A stretch of 64,000 bases of DNA from Oceaniferula sp. Its GTDB lineage: Bacteria; Verrucomicrobiota; Verrucomicrobiia; Verrucomicrobiales; Akkermansiaceae. The translations under genes and the position numbers were made by a program. The stretch spans positions 3,903 to 67,902 of the forward strand of contig JBFERY010000008.1 in assembly GCA_041548785.1 (NCBI GenBank). The letters are read 5' to 3'. The notes beneath the pieces were generated by a model. The model saw only the letters and a program-made list of their open reading frames with translations, made no database searches and had not been told where the DNA came from. Shown in pieces: positions 27,164 through 36,459 of this stretch. Positions within the stretch are counted from its first letter, which is position 1. Each line of letters opens with the position of its first letter.

Positions 27164-29068
27164 ATGCAAAATAGAATAACCGCACTCCATGGGAGTGCCA
27201 CCAAGTCGGCCCTGCACCTTACAGGGACTCTCGCCTCCGTCGCAGCCATCGTAGCCCTTGGCCAGCCTCCGGCCCACGCGGCGACCGGGGAAAACCCCGA
27301 TGTCCTCCCGGGCACAACGGTTATCGCCAACCGGGTCAAAACCGAGTTGGCCAAAACCGGAAGTGCCGTCACTGTCCTTGAGGTCGACAGCCTGGATCAA
27401 CAGGGCGTGCGCAACCTTGACGACGCCCTCAAGTTTGTCCCTGGTGTGATTTCCGAATCGCTCGGTGGCCAGAGGGGATCCACATCCTCGCTCTTCTTCC
27501 GCGGCACCAAAACCAATCACACCCATCTGGTCGTCGATGGCATGCGGATCAGCGATGCCAATATGACATTCGGTGGCTTTCTCGGTTCGTCTAACTTGAA
27601 CGGACTGTCACGTATCGAGGTGCTTCGCGGCCCCCAGGGGGCCCTTTACGGCGGCGACTCGATTGGCGGTGTCATGGGGATCTATTCAACCAAGGGAAAG
27701 GGTGACTCCAGTGGCAAGCTTCGCGTCGAAGGCGGCTCATACAACACGTGGAACACGCTGCTCGCAATGCAGGGTGAGTCCGGTGATTTTGCCTACTCGC
27801 TGAACCTTGGCCATGAGCGTACTGACAACGACCTGCCGCACAATGCGTTTGAGATGTTGTCATACGCCCTGCGTCTGGACTACATCGTCAACCCCTGCCT
27901 GAATGTTGGGCTCACCCTGCGTGGTGCGGACACCACATTCCAGGCCCCGCATTACGGCGGTCCCTACAGCAGCCCGCTCGATGACGAGCTCCAGTACACA
28001 CTGGGCACGGTTTTTGCCGAGTATGAGGCCAACCCATTCTGGAATACGAGGCTCACGCTCGGGATGTATGACCAGGAATACCACAGTGAAAGCCCCGTAT
28101 TCGGATTCAATCCGGCGTCGTCCTATGATACCGACGCCACCAAATATGCGCTCTACTGGGACAATACCCTGGAGTGGAATGATTGCCACACAACCGTCAT
28201 AGGTGCTGTTTATGAAAACTCGGACTTTTCCTATCAGAGTGATTATTACGGCATCACCGGTGACGCGCGGACACGTGACCAGTATGGTTTCTATCTGAAC
28301 CACATCTGGGATGTGACCGAGGACTTCAACATCACCGGAGGTGCGCGCTGGGAGGATTATGACGACTATGGCAATGAGGTTACCTGGCGTGCCTCATGCG
28401 CTTACACCGTAAGCCAAACCGATACCACCATCCGTGCAAGCATCGGCAAAGGCTTTCGTCCACCGTCGTGTGTCGATCTCGACGGCTTTGGCGGGCAGGC
28501 ACCCAGCCCGGGCCTCGGCGCGGAAACATCGCTCGGGTGGGACCTCGGCATCGAGCAGTCGTTGTGCGACGGCCAGTACACATTCGGCCTGAGCTACTTC
28601 GAAAATCGCATCGAAGACGCCATCACCTACGTCCCCCAGCCCTATCCGACTCCTGGCTACAACACCAATGCCGGCGGGGTGACCCAAACCAACGGCATCG
28701 AGGCGTCGGCCGAGGCGAATTTCCTGCAAGACCGCCTCGGCATCCGTCTGTCCTACACCTGGCTTGACCGCGCCCTGGCCGAAATGCCAGAGCATTCATT
28801 GGGCCTGCGTATCCACGGCAAAATATCGGACCAGTTAGACATGGCCCTGACTGCCACTTATCTGGATGATCGTGCGTTTTTTGGCAATGAAGTTGATGCC
28901 TACGCCCTGGTCAACCTTTCCTGCAACTACCGGGTCAATGATACCGTGACACTTAATTGCCGTGTGGAGAACCTCTGTGACGAGGACTACGAGTTCGCCC
29001 GGGGGTCGGGCGATGTTTACCCGGGCCGGGGCCGAGGCGTTATTGCCGGCTGCACGATCCAGTGGTGA
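27164..29068 (+). CDS. TonB-dependent receptor, BtuB-like (vitamin B12)
   Basis: Signal peptide, plug (FFRG, VVDG, RIEVLRGPQGALYG...IGGV), C-terminal Trp; riboswitch upstream. Start ATG 27164 preferred. Confidence 0.9.
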   Translation: MQNRITALHGSATKSALHLTGTLASVAAIVALGQPPAHAATGENPDVLPGTTVIANRVKTELAKTGSAVTVLEVDSLDQQGVRNLDDALKFVPGVISESLGGQRGSTSSLFFRGTKTNHTHLVVDGMRISDANMTFGGFLGSSNLNGLSRIEVLRGPQGALYGGDSIGGVMGIYSTKGKGDSSGKLRVEGGSYNTWNTLLAMQGESGDFAYSLNLGHERTDNDLPHNAFEMLSYALRLDYIVNPCLNVGLTLRGADTTFQAPHYGGPYSSPLDDELQYTLGTVFAEYEANPFWNTRLTLGMYDQEYHSESPVFGFNPASSYDTDATKYALYWDNTLEWNDCHTTVIGAVYENSDFSYQSDYYGITGDARTRDQYGFYLNHIWDVTEDFNITGGARWEDYDDYGNEVTWRASCAYTVSQTDTTIRASIGKGFRPPSCVDLDGFGGQAPSPGLGAETSLGWDLGIEQSLCDGQYTFGLSYFENRIEDAITYVPQPYPTPGYNTNAGGVTQTNGIEASAEANFLQDRLGIRLSYTWLDRALAEMPEHSLGLRIHGKISDQLDMALTATYLDDRAFFGNEVDAYALVNLSCNYRVNDTVTLNCRVENLCDEDYEFARGSGDVYPGRGRGVIAGCTIQW

Positions 29069-29112
29069 CAAATCGCTGCTGGATTAGTGCCCCCTATTGG
29101 CCTTTCATGATC

Positions 29113-29150
29113 AAACCACCCGGTTCCCCGCTGCGGAATCGGGTGGTTTT
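29113..29150 (+). terminator. Strong hairpin after the receptor gene (terminator or mRNA-stabilising)
   Basis: AAACCACCCG-GTTCC...GGAAT-CGGGTGGTTT followed by T. Confidence 0.6.
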
Positions 29151-29175
29151 ACCTGTTGCAGCGACCCCACCACCT

Positions 29176-29994
29176 ATGAGCCGGAAAATCCATAACGAGT
29201 TACTCGATTACCATTTCGAGCTCACTGAAACACCCCGGCGTATTGTCAGCCTGGTGTCGTCCGCGACCGAGGCGATCGACAGGATGGGCATGATCGACAC
29301 CCTTGTGGGCGTCTCCGCTTATTGCCAGCGATACGTCCCGGATCTCAGCGCACCCGTATGCGGCGAGTACCTGAACTGTGATGTGGATCAGATCAAGGCC
29401 CTTGAACCGGATCTCATCCTCACCACAGGAGGGGTTCAACTCAAGCTTGCCGCCAGGCTCGCCCGGGAGGGGTTTCCTGTCTACGCCCTGCCCCTGCCCC
29501 AGAGTTTTTACGGCATCCTCGATAATATCCACATCCTCGGAGCCTTGATGAACGCACTCAAAAAAGCCCGCGAGCTTGCCTCCGCCATGCAAACACGCGC
29601 CGACCAGCTCCGCCGGCGCGCGCCGGCAACCCGCCCGAAAATCTATCTCGAACTCTGGCTCGGCCGGCATATGCGCGCCGCCGGCGGAGCCTCCTTCATC
29701 AATGATCTGGTCGAGATTGCCGGGGGCGACCTCATTTTCCAGAATCACACCCAGGGGTATTTTACGCCCGACTTTGATACTGTTTGCATGATGGAACCGG
29801 ACGTGCATCTCTTTTTCCACGAACCCGAACACCCGATCGATCCCGCCCAACTGGTGCAGCAACGCAACTGGAACCCCGCCACCCGAATCATCGTCTCCAC
29901 GGTCAAGTGCGGGGAAAACATGATCCAGGACGGCCCCAGCTTGCTGGACACGGCTGAGTGGCTTCAGCGTCAACTCACCTCCCCCACCCACTGA
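29176..29994 (+). CDS. BtuF/helical-backbone cobalamin-binding protein lacking a signal peptide
   Basis: PRRIVSLVSSATE, IKALEPDLIL, SFINDLVEIAGG, QDGPSL. Start ATG 29176. Confidence 0.82.
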   Translation: MSRKIHNELLDYHFELTETPRRIVSLVSSATEAIDRMGMIDTLVGVSAYCQRYVPDLSAPVCGEYLNCDVDQIKALEPDLILTTGGVQLKLAARLAREGFPVYALPLPQSFYGILDNIHILGALMNALKKARELASAMQTRADQLRRRAPATRPKIYLELWLGRHMRAAGGASFINDLVEIAGGDLIFQNHTQGYFTPDFDTVCMMEPDVHLFFHEPEHPIDPAQLVQQRNWNPATRIIVSTVKCGENMIQDGPSLLDTAEWLQRQLTSPTH

Positions 29995-30000
29995 CCCCTC

Positions 30001-30945
30001 ATGCCCGCCGTCCCACCAGCAACCCGAAAATCACCCCGAGTCATACTGCTGGCTGTGGCCGTCGCGCTCAGCTTCATCGGCTGCCATTTCGCGCGGCTGT
30101 GGATCGAACCCGCACCCGCCGACACCGAGCCCACCAAGGATCAGCCCGGCCATTACCACCGTGTCATCGGACTCTCCCCGAGCATCGTCGAGATCATCTA
30201 CCAGCTCGGCCTCAGCGACCGACTCGTCGGGGTTTCCCGATTCTGTCATTATCCGCCGGAAGCCCAACAAAAAACCGTCGTCGGCGGCTACGTCGACCTC
30301 GACTACGAAGCCGTGCTTGGCCTCGAGCCCGATTGCGTTGTCCTGTTAGAAGAGCAGAAAACCCTCGCGACCAAGCTCAACGCAATGGGGATCCACACCA
30401 TCATCCTTGATCATGCCAGCACCCGGGGAGTGATGGGTTCCATCTCCATTTTGGGCAGAGCATTTGGAAAAGAGCCACTGGCCAATCAAATCGTGCGAGC
30501 GATGAATGATCGGGTGAGCGCGCTAACCCAAAAGGCCCGCAGTACAGAAAACAGGCCGCGCATCCTTGTCTGTATCGAACGTGATACTAACTCAGCATTT
30601 CCCGACCGGGTCATCGCGGCGGGCAACAAGGGCGTTCACCAGGAGTATATTGACATGGTTCATGGCATCAATGCCTACCAAGGCCCTGTCGCCTACCCCC
30701 TGCTGTCGCGGGAAAAACTCATCCATCTCGATCCGGATATCATCATCGACCTCATCCGGGAGGATGTCTGGGAGGAAAAAGGCCGCGACACACTCCTGCG
30801 CCAATGGCAGGCCTATGGCGAATTGCGGGCGGTAAAAAACAAACGCCTTGTATTCCTCCACGAACACAAACATATGATTCCCGGACCACGATTCATCGAC
30901 ACCTTGGAAACTTTTGCGCAAGCTGCCGCAATCGCCCATGAATGA
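30001..30945 (+). CDS. BtuF/FecB-like ABC substrate-binding protein with N-terminal anchor
   Basis: RVIGLSPSIVE, VGVSRFCHYP, LDPDIII, IPGPRF. Confidence 0.88.
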   Translation: MPAVPPATRKSPRVILLAVAVALSFIGCHFARLWIEPAPADTEPTKDQPGHYHRVIGLSPSIVEIIYQLGLSDRLVGVSRFCHYPPEAQQKTVVGGYVDLDYEAVLGLEPDCVVLLEEQKTLATKLNAMGIHTIILDHASTRGVMGSISILGRAFGKEPLANQIVRAMNDRVSALTQKARSTENRPRILVCIERDTNSAFPDRVIAAGNKGVHQEYIDMVHGINAYQGPVAYPLLSREKLIHLDPDIIIDLIREDVWEEKGRDTLLRQWQAYGELRAVKNKRLVFLHEHKHMIPGPRFIDTLETFAQAAAIAHE

Positions 30946-31750
30946 TAGCCGCGACATCGCCATTGAGATTAACGAACTCAGCCTGAGCATCGGCCAACGC
31001 CGGCTGCTGGATGGCGTGACCCTGCATGCCGGGGCAGGCGAACGAATCGCCATCGTAGGCCCCAATGGCGCGGGAAAAACAACACTCCTCCGGCTTCTGC
31101 TAGGACTTATTCCAAGCGAAAAGGGTCGGATCAAACTCGGGGGCAGCGCATTGACATCCCTATCCCGACGGGAAATTGCGCGTCTGATCGGGTATGTCCC
31201 GCAACAGCTCGCCGACGACATCCCGTTCACTGTGATGGAATTCATTATGATGAGCCGCTACGCCCACGCTCAGAGTGGGGGTATCATTCCCCGCGACCGC
31301 GAGGGCCAGCAAGTCGCCAGGCAATCCGCTGCGCGCGTAGGCATTCAGCACCTTGAGAACCAGACCATGGCCACCCTCAGCGGCGGCGAACGGCAGAAGG
31401 TCAACATTGCCGCCGCCCTTGCCCAGCAGACACCCATCCTCGTCCTCGATGAGCCCTCGGCTCACCTCGACCCGAAACAGCGCGAGTCGATCCAGCGCCT
31501 GCTCAGTGAGATCGGGCGCAAAAGCAACACCACGGTGCTTACCGTCACCCATGACCTCAACTGGGCGGCCATGGACTTCGACCGCATCATCGGCATGGCT
31601 CACGGCAGGGTGCTTGCCGATGAGACCCCCTCCCGGTTCATCACCTCGGAGAACCTCCTCGCCATCTTCGATGCCAACTGGACGATCCAGTCTCATCCAC
31701 AAAGTGGCTGCCCGATGGTCCTGCCCACCCATCATGCGCCTGCCCGCTAA
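30938..31750 (+). CDS. Cobalamin/Fe-siderophore ABC ATP-binding protein (BtuD/FecE-like)
   Basis: GPNGAGKTT, LSGGERQ, LDEPSAHLD, THDLN. Start ATG 30938 overlaps the upstream stop. Confidence 0.93.
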   Translation: MNDSRDIAIEINELSLSIGQRRLLDGVTLHAGAGERIAIVGPNGAGKTTLLRLLLGLIPSEKGRIKLGGSALTSLSRREIARLIGYVPQQLADDIPFTVMEFIMMSRYAHAQSGGIIPRDREGQQVARQSAARVGIQHLENQTMATLSGGERQKVNIAAALAQQTPILVLDEPSAHLDPKQRESIQRLLSEIGRKSNTTVLTVTHDLNWAAMDFDRIIGMAHGRVLADETPSRFITSENLLAIFDANWTIQSHPQSGCPMVLPTHHAPAR

Positions 31751-31765
31751 GACCCGCCGCCTTCC

Positions 31766-32764
31766 ATGGTTTCCTCCCCTCGTAAATTCATTCTCTTCAT
31801 CCTCCTGCCGCTTGCCGCCATGATCTTGATGGTGATGCCATGGATCGGGCAACATCTTCCTGGGTGGGATGTCCTTTTCAGGCCTGGTGCCGATGACCTC
31901 GATGCGATCATCTTCTGGAAAATACGTGTTCCGCGTGTGCTGTTGGCCATGTTCGCAGGTATGGGTCTGTCGCTCGGTGGCGTTGTCTTCCAAGCCATTT
32001 TCCGGAACCCCTTGGCGACGCCGTTTACCCTGGGTGTCGCCGGTGGCGCGTCACTGGGTGTGACCTTGGCCATTTTTCTCGGGCTTAACCTGACCGTCCT
32101 CGGAGTCTCCGGTGTCTCTGTCGCTGCCCTGTTGGGGGCCATGGGATCGATTACCATCGTCTATGGTATTGCGCGCGCCACGAGCAACGTCTCGCCCAAC
32201 ACGATGCTCTTGGGAGGCGTGGCCATCAGCTTTTTCTTTTCCAGCCTGATCCTCTTGCTGCAGTACCTCGGCGACATGAGTGATTCCTTCCGTATCATCC
32301 ACTGGTTGATGGGAGATCTGAGCCGGGCCAGCGCCGAAGCCATTTTCCAGATCCTCCCTTTTATTGTCAGCGGCATCCTGATCACGGGATTTCTTTACCG
32401 CGAACTCAATCTGCTCTCCATTCACGACGACCTGGCGGGCAGTTGTGGTCTGCATGTTGAAAAGATGCGGATCATTCTCTTTCTCGCCGTCTCGCTGATG
32501 ATTGCCGGTATTGTCACCGTCTGCGGGCCGATCGGATTTGTCGGCATCATGGCGCCTCATATTTGCCGCCTCATCGTCGGTGCCAATCACCGCAACCTGA
32601 TCCCCGCCGCCATCCTCTTCGGCGGTGTTTTCCTCACCCTCTGTGACACCTTGGCCCGCACCATTGCCACCTCTGCCGAAGTTCCCGTAGGGATCATCAC
32701 CGCGATCCTCGGCGGCCCTTTTTTCCTCTGGCTTTTGTTTAAAAAAGCACGTAGCCACGGCTGA
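31766..32764 (+). CDS. Cobalamin/Fe-siderophore ABC permease (BtuC/FecCD-like)
   Basis: RVPRVL, FRNPLATPFTLG, GPIGFVGIMAPH, EVPVGIITAILGGPFFL. Confidence 0.93.
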   Translation: MVSSPRKFILFILLPLAAMILMVMPWIGQHLPGWDVLFRPGADDLDAIIFWKIRVPRVLLAMFAGMGLSLGGVVFQAIFRNPLATPFTLGVAGGASLGVTLAIFLGLNLTVLGVSGVSVAALLGAMGSITIVYGIARATSNVSPNTMLLGGVAISFFFSSLILLLQYLGDMSDSFRIIHWLMGDLSRASAEAIFQILPFIVSGILITGFLYRELNLLSIHDDLAGSCGLHVEKMRIILFLAVSLMIAGIVTVCGPIGFVGIMAPHICRLIVGANHRNLIPAAILFGGVFLTLCDTLARTIATSAEVPVGIITAILGGPFFLWLLFKKARSHG

Positions 32765-32871
32765 CCGCCCACGGGCGACACGAATGATGCCCGGAGCCGC
32801 CCGCCTCCTGAAATAATGCGCGTCTTTTCGCCTCATCTGGTGTTTACTCACCGGGTAACCCATTCTCGCAA

Positions 32872-34479
32872 ATGCGCCGCAGATCCCTCCCTCAACTCGT
32901 TTTCCCTGCCTTGTTTCTCATCGCAGTGATGGCCGGGTATTTCCTGACACGCACGGCCGACCCGCCCGACGAAGTGCCGCGGGTCTCTCCCAGACCCGCA
33001 AGCCAAGCCCGGCCATCGACGCTGCCCGCCAACCCGGCTCTGACACGCAGGGCACGCCGGGACAGCCCGGACCCGAATCATGGTGCCCCCCCGTTCGCCA
33101 TTGCCAACGAACGTATTGCCCGCTTCAACGATGATGCCTCCTACCGCAAATTCCTCGCCGGGCTTAGCGGCCGCGGACTGCGGTTATTGGGAAAATCAGA
33201 CCGACTGCGGGCGGTCCGGTTCGGGTGGGGTGACGGTTTCGACCCAAGCGACCTGGATGATGCCGGGCTCGGATACAACTATCTTGTCACGATCCCCGCG
33301 CCCCCCGATGCCGGGGCGCAGGCGGGTGCTGTCGGCTTTGGCCGGAACGCCCTGGCGTGGCTCGGAGTCGGGACGGATAACTCGGCATGGGGCAAGGGCG
33401 TGGCCGTGGCCCTGCTGGATTCCGGAGTGAACGACCATATCGCTCTGAACGGCGGCAATGGCAAAGTCACGGCCATCACACTCACCGAGCTTGGCGTCGG
33501 GGGTGTTCAGCTCGGGCACGGCACCGCGGTGGCATCGATCATCTCCGGCGACCACCCACTCACACCCGGGGTGGCTCCAGCCTCCGATCTCATCTCGATC
33601 CGAATCACCGATGCCGGGGGCAGCTCCGATTCCTTCACCTTGGCCGAGGGTATCCTGCGGGCCGCTGACTCGGGTGCCGACATCATCAATATTTCCATGG
33701 GCTCCTATGGAGACAGTTCGCTTGTCGCGGATGCGGTGAAGTATGCGCAGGACAAGGGGGCGGTCATTGTCGCATCCTCCGGCAACGCGGGCTTGGCGGC
33801 AATCGCCTATCCTGCCGCCTATGAAGGCGTGATCGCCGTGGGTGCCGTGGAAGGAACCGGCGAGCATCTTGATTTTTCCAACCGAGGTGACGGGCTCGAC
33901 ATTTCCGCACCCGGGTTTCAGGTCAATGCCGCATGGGGGGAAGAATTGCTGACCTCCTTTTCCGGAACCTCGGCCAGTGCGCCGTTTATCAGCGGGGCGA
34001 TTGCCGCGGCCATGTCAGAGCACCCCCACATGACCGCCCGGCAAGCGGCCGATCTTGTCCTGAGCGTGTCCAATGACGCCGGCTACCCCGGTGACGACCC
34101 CGCCTACGGCAGCGGCATCCTCGCTTTGGATCGTGTGATGGAACACGGGACCCCCGGGATTTATGACGTCGCCATTGCCAGCCAGATTCTCATTCCTGCC
34201 GACGCCGCGACATCCTTGCCCCAGGTCCTGGTCACCGTGCAGAACCAGGGCACGGAAACCGTCATCAACAGCCCGGTAAGCATCGTCAGCCCCAGTGGAA
34301 CCCAAACCGTCAATATCAGCAGCCTGACACCGGGGCAGATTCACACCATCCGCGTGCCCGTGGCGCTCCCCCCCAATGGCGATTCCGTCGCGATCAACTC
34401 CTCGGTGCAAAGCACGGAGGGCGACAAGGATCCAAGCAATAACAGCCGAAGTGACCGCTTCGCCCAAGCGCTGCCGTAA
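32872..34479 (+). CDS. S8 family (subtilase) serine peptidase with N-terminal anchor and C-terminal Ig-like domain
   Basis: Catalytic triad LLDSG, HGTAVA, SGTSASAP; oxyanion SSGN. Confidence 0.9.
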   Translation: MRRRSLPQLVFPALFLIAVMAGYFLTRTADPPDEVPRVSPRPASQARPSTLPANPALTRRARRDSPDPNHGAPPFAIANERIARFNDDASYRKFLAGLSGRGLRLLGKSDRLRAVRFGWGDGFDPSDLDDAGLGYNYLVTIPAPPDAGAQAGAVGFGRNALAWLGVGTDNSAWGKGVAVALLDSGVNDHIALNGGNGKVTAITLTELGVGGVQLGHGTAVASIISGDHPLTPGVAPASDLISIRITDAGGSSDSFTLAEGILRAADSGADIINISMGSYGDSSLVADAVKYAQDKGAVIVASSGNAGLAAIAYPAAYEGVIAVGAVEGTGEHLDFSNRGDGLDISAPGFQVNAAWGEELLTSFSGTSASAPFISGAIAAAMSEHPHMTARQAADLVLSVSNDAGYPGDDPAYGSGILALDRVMEHGTPGIYDVAIASQILIPADAATSLPQVLVTVQNQGTETVINSPVSIVSPSGTQTVNISSLTPGQIHTIRVPVALPPNGDSVAINSSVQSTEGDKDPSNNSRSDRFAQALP

Positions 34480-34532
34480 CCCCCCCTTCCCCGGCTCAGC
34501 CGAAGCGGGTAAAAACCGCCGCCACGCAGCTC

Positions 34533-34570
34533 AAAAAAAACGGCGCCATACCGGAGTAGGGCGCCGTTTT
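34533..34570 (-). terminator. Intrinsic terminator after rpsD
   Basis: AAAACGGCGCC...GGCGCCGTTTT stem with an 8-T tail on the minus strand. Confidence 0.85.
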
Positions 34571-34591
34571 GAAAAAGAGAATTTACGTCGT

Positions 34592-35203
34592 TTAACGCGA
34601 GTAAAGTTCCACCACAAGCTGCACGTTGACTTGGTGATCGAAGTCATCGTTTTCAGGAACGCGGTTGATCTTGCCCTTCATGTCGGCACGGTCAAGGGTG
34701 AGCCATTCTTTCGATGGCACCGCTTGGGTGAGATCCATGTAGCGCAGGCCGAGCTGCTGTGAGCTAGGCTTGTCCTGCACGGTGACGGTGTCACCGGGTT
34801 TGCACTGGAAACTCGGGATATCGACACGTTTTCCGTTCACTTCAATGTGGCCGTGATTGACCATTTGGCGTGCTGCGGAACGCGTGTTGCCAAGGCCGAG
34901 GCGGTAGCAAACGTTGTCGAGACGAAGCTCGAGCAGTTGACAAAGCACCTCGCCGGTGATCCCGCGGCGGCGGCTTGCTTCTGCATAGTAGAGGCGGAAC
35001 TGCTTTTCAAGGACGCCAAACTGGAAACGAAGCTTCTGCTTCTCTCCGAGTGCGACTGCGTAATCCGACTTCTTCCGACGTCCGGCACGCACACCGTGCT
35101 GGCCGGGAGGGAAGGAACGACGCTCAAGCGCTTTGGAGGGTCCGAATAGGGCGACGCCGAAGCGGCGGCTGATTTTATCTTTGGGGCCAGTGTAACGAGC
35201 CAT
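34592..35203 (-). CDS. rpsD: 30S ribosomal protein S4
   Basis: MARYTGP, PPGQHG, EKQKLR, LELRLDNV, QMVNHGHI, QLVVELYSR. Confidence 0.98.
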   Translation of the reverse strand: MARYTGPKDKISRRFGVALFGPSKALERRSFPPGQHGVRAGRRKKSDYAVALGEKQKLRFQFGVLEKQFRLYYAEASRRRGITGEVLCQLLELRLDNVCYRLGLGNTRSAARQMVNHGHIEVNGKRVDIPSFQCKPGDTVTVQDKPSSQQLGLRYMDLTQAVPSKEWLTLDRADMKGKINRVPENDDFDHQVNVQLVVELYSR

Positions 35204-35240
35204 AATATAAGTAAGTTAAAGAGTTGAAAATAATGGTTAA

Positions 35241-35849
35241 TTACACACGGCGGGCTTTCTTAGGGCGGCAACCGTTGTGAGGAATAGGAGTGACGTCCTT
35301 GATCGCCGTGATGTTGAGGCCAAGGCCTTGCACGGCACGGACAGCGGATTCACGCCCGGAACCAGGTCCCTTGACGCGAACTTCAACATGCTTGAGTCCG
35401 TGACTCATCGCTTGACGGCAGGCATCCTGGGAAACGACCTGAGCCGCATAAGCTGTGCTTTTCCGCGATCCCTTGAATCCCATCTTTCCAGCACTGGACC
35501 AGCCAATGGAGTTACCGTTGAGGTCAGTGACCGTGACAAGCGTGTTGTTGAACGTCGCAATGATGTGAACCACACCGGTCTGGACGTTTTTGCTCTTCTT
35601 CGCCTTGTGAATGCGGATCTGCTCTTCCTCGCCTCCGGCGATTTCAGCGAAAATGTCGCGCTTCTTTTCAGGTGCCTTGGGCGCTTCCTCAGCAGGTGCT
35701 TCCGGCGTGGCAGGGGCCGCTTCTTCAGCCGCGGGTGTCTCAGCAGGTGCTTCAACCTTTTCAGCCTTGGACTCTTCCGCAGCAGGCGCTTCGGCAGGAG
35801 CCTCAGCAGGTGTCGCTACCGCATCGTCTTTGATTTCTTCTTCAGACAT
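35241..35849 (-). CDS. rpsK: 30S ribosomal protein S11 with long acidic N-terminal extension
   Basis: [44 protein letters not shown]; about 75 extra A/E/P-rich residues at the N-terminus. Confidence 0.97.
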   Translation of the reverse strand: MSEEEIKDDAVATPAEAPAEAPAAEESKAEKVEAPAETPAAEEAAPATPEAPAEEAPKAPEKKRDIFAEIAGGEEEQIRIHKAKKSKNVQTGVVHIIATFNNTLVTVTDLNGNSIGWSSAGKMGFKGSRKSTAYAAQVVSQDACRQAMSHGLKHVEVRVKGPGSGRESAVRAVQGLGLNITAIKDVTPIPHNGCRPKKARRV

Positions 35850-35876
35850 AATAATAAATGGTTTGTGGTCAGGAGG

Positions 35877-36245
35877 TTACTTTTTCACACCTACGGTGCG
35901 CTTCTTACCCTTGCGGGTGCGGGCGTTGGTGCTGGTGCGTTGACCACGGACGGGGAGGCCTACCTTGTGACGAATGCCACGGTAGCAGTTGATCGCCTGG
36001 AGTCGCTTCATAGCGGCTTGCTTTTCGCGACGGAGGTCACCTTCGATGAGAATAATCTCGGAGGTGATTACTTGGGCAATTTTAACAAGCTGTTCTTCTG
36101 TGAGTTCGCCGGTGCGGATATCTGGATCCACCCCTGCTTGCTCGAGAATACGCTTGGAGGTCGTTTGACCTATGCCATAAATGTAGGGAAGAGAAGCTTC
36201 GATGCGCTTCTCATTCGGTATTTCTGTGCCGAATATACGTGCCAT
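35877..36245 (-). CDS. rpsM: 30S ribosomal protein S13
   Basis: MARIFG, IYGIG, EGDLRR, YRGIRH, LPVRGQRTSTNARTRKG. Confidence 0.98.
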   Translation of the reverse strand: MARIFGTEIPNEKRIEASLPYIYGIGQTTSKRILEQAGVDPDIRTGELTEEQLVKIAQVITSEIILIEGDLRREKQAAMKRLQAINCYRGIRHKVGLPVRGQRTSTNARTRKGKKRTVGVKK

Positions 36246-36459
36246 GATCCTTGTTTTAGCTGGATTGTTTTTTGTAGTTGGTAGGTGTGCTCATACCGGA
36301 GAGATTCCTCAAGTATGACAGCCCGTCTGGACATCCTGCACACCGCGCGGGACGGGGTATTTAGCAGAGATGTGCGGTCTGGCAAGCGAGAACTGACGAT
36401 TTATCACCTCCAGGCCCCTATTTATCGGGAAATCGACGCAAATCAACCCAATTCAACCC

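Noticed and set aside
26830-27372. 180-aa minus-strand ORF
   Set aside because: Overlaps the cobalamin riboswitch and the receptor start; no family features.
27164-29068. Diversity-generating retroelement as the cause of the Cys substitutions
   Set aside because: No reverse transcriptase or template/variable repeat pair in the window, and the changes are spread over the whole barrel.
36289-36320. S4-binding leader hairpin upstream of rpsM
   Set aside because: One arm coincides with the probable -10 (CATACT), so it would not be fully transcribed.
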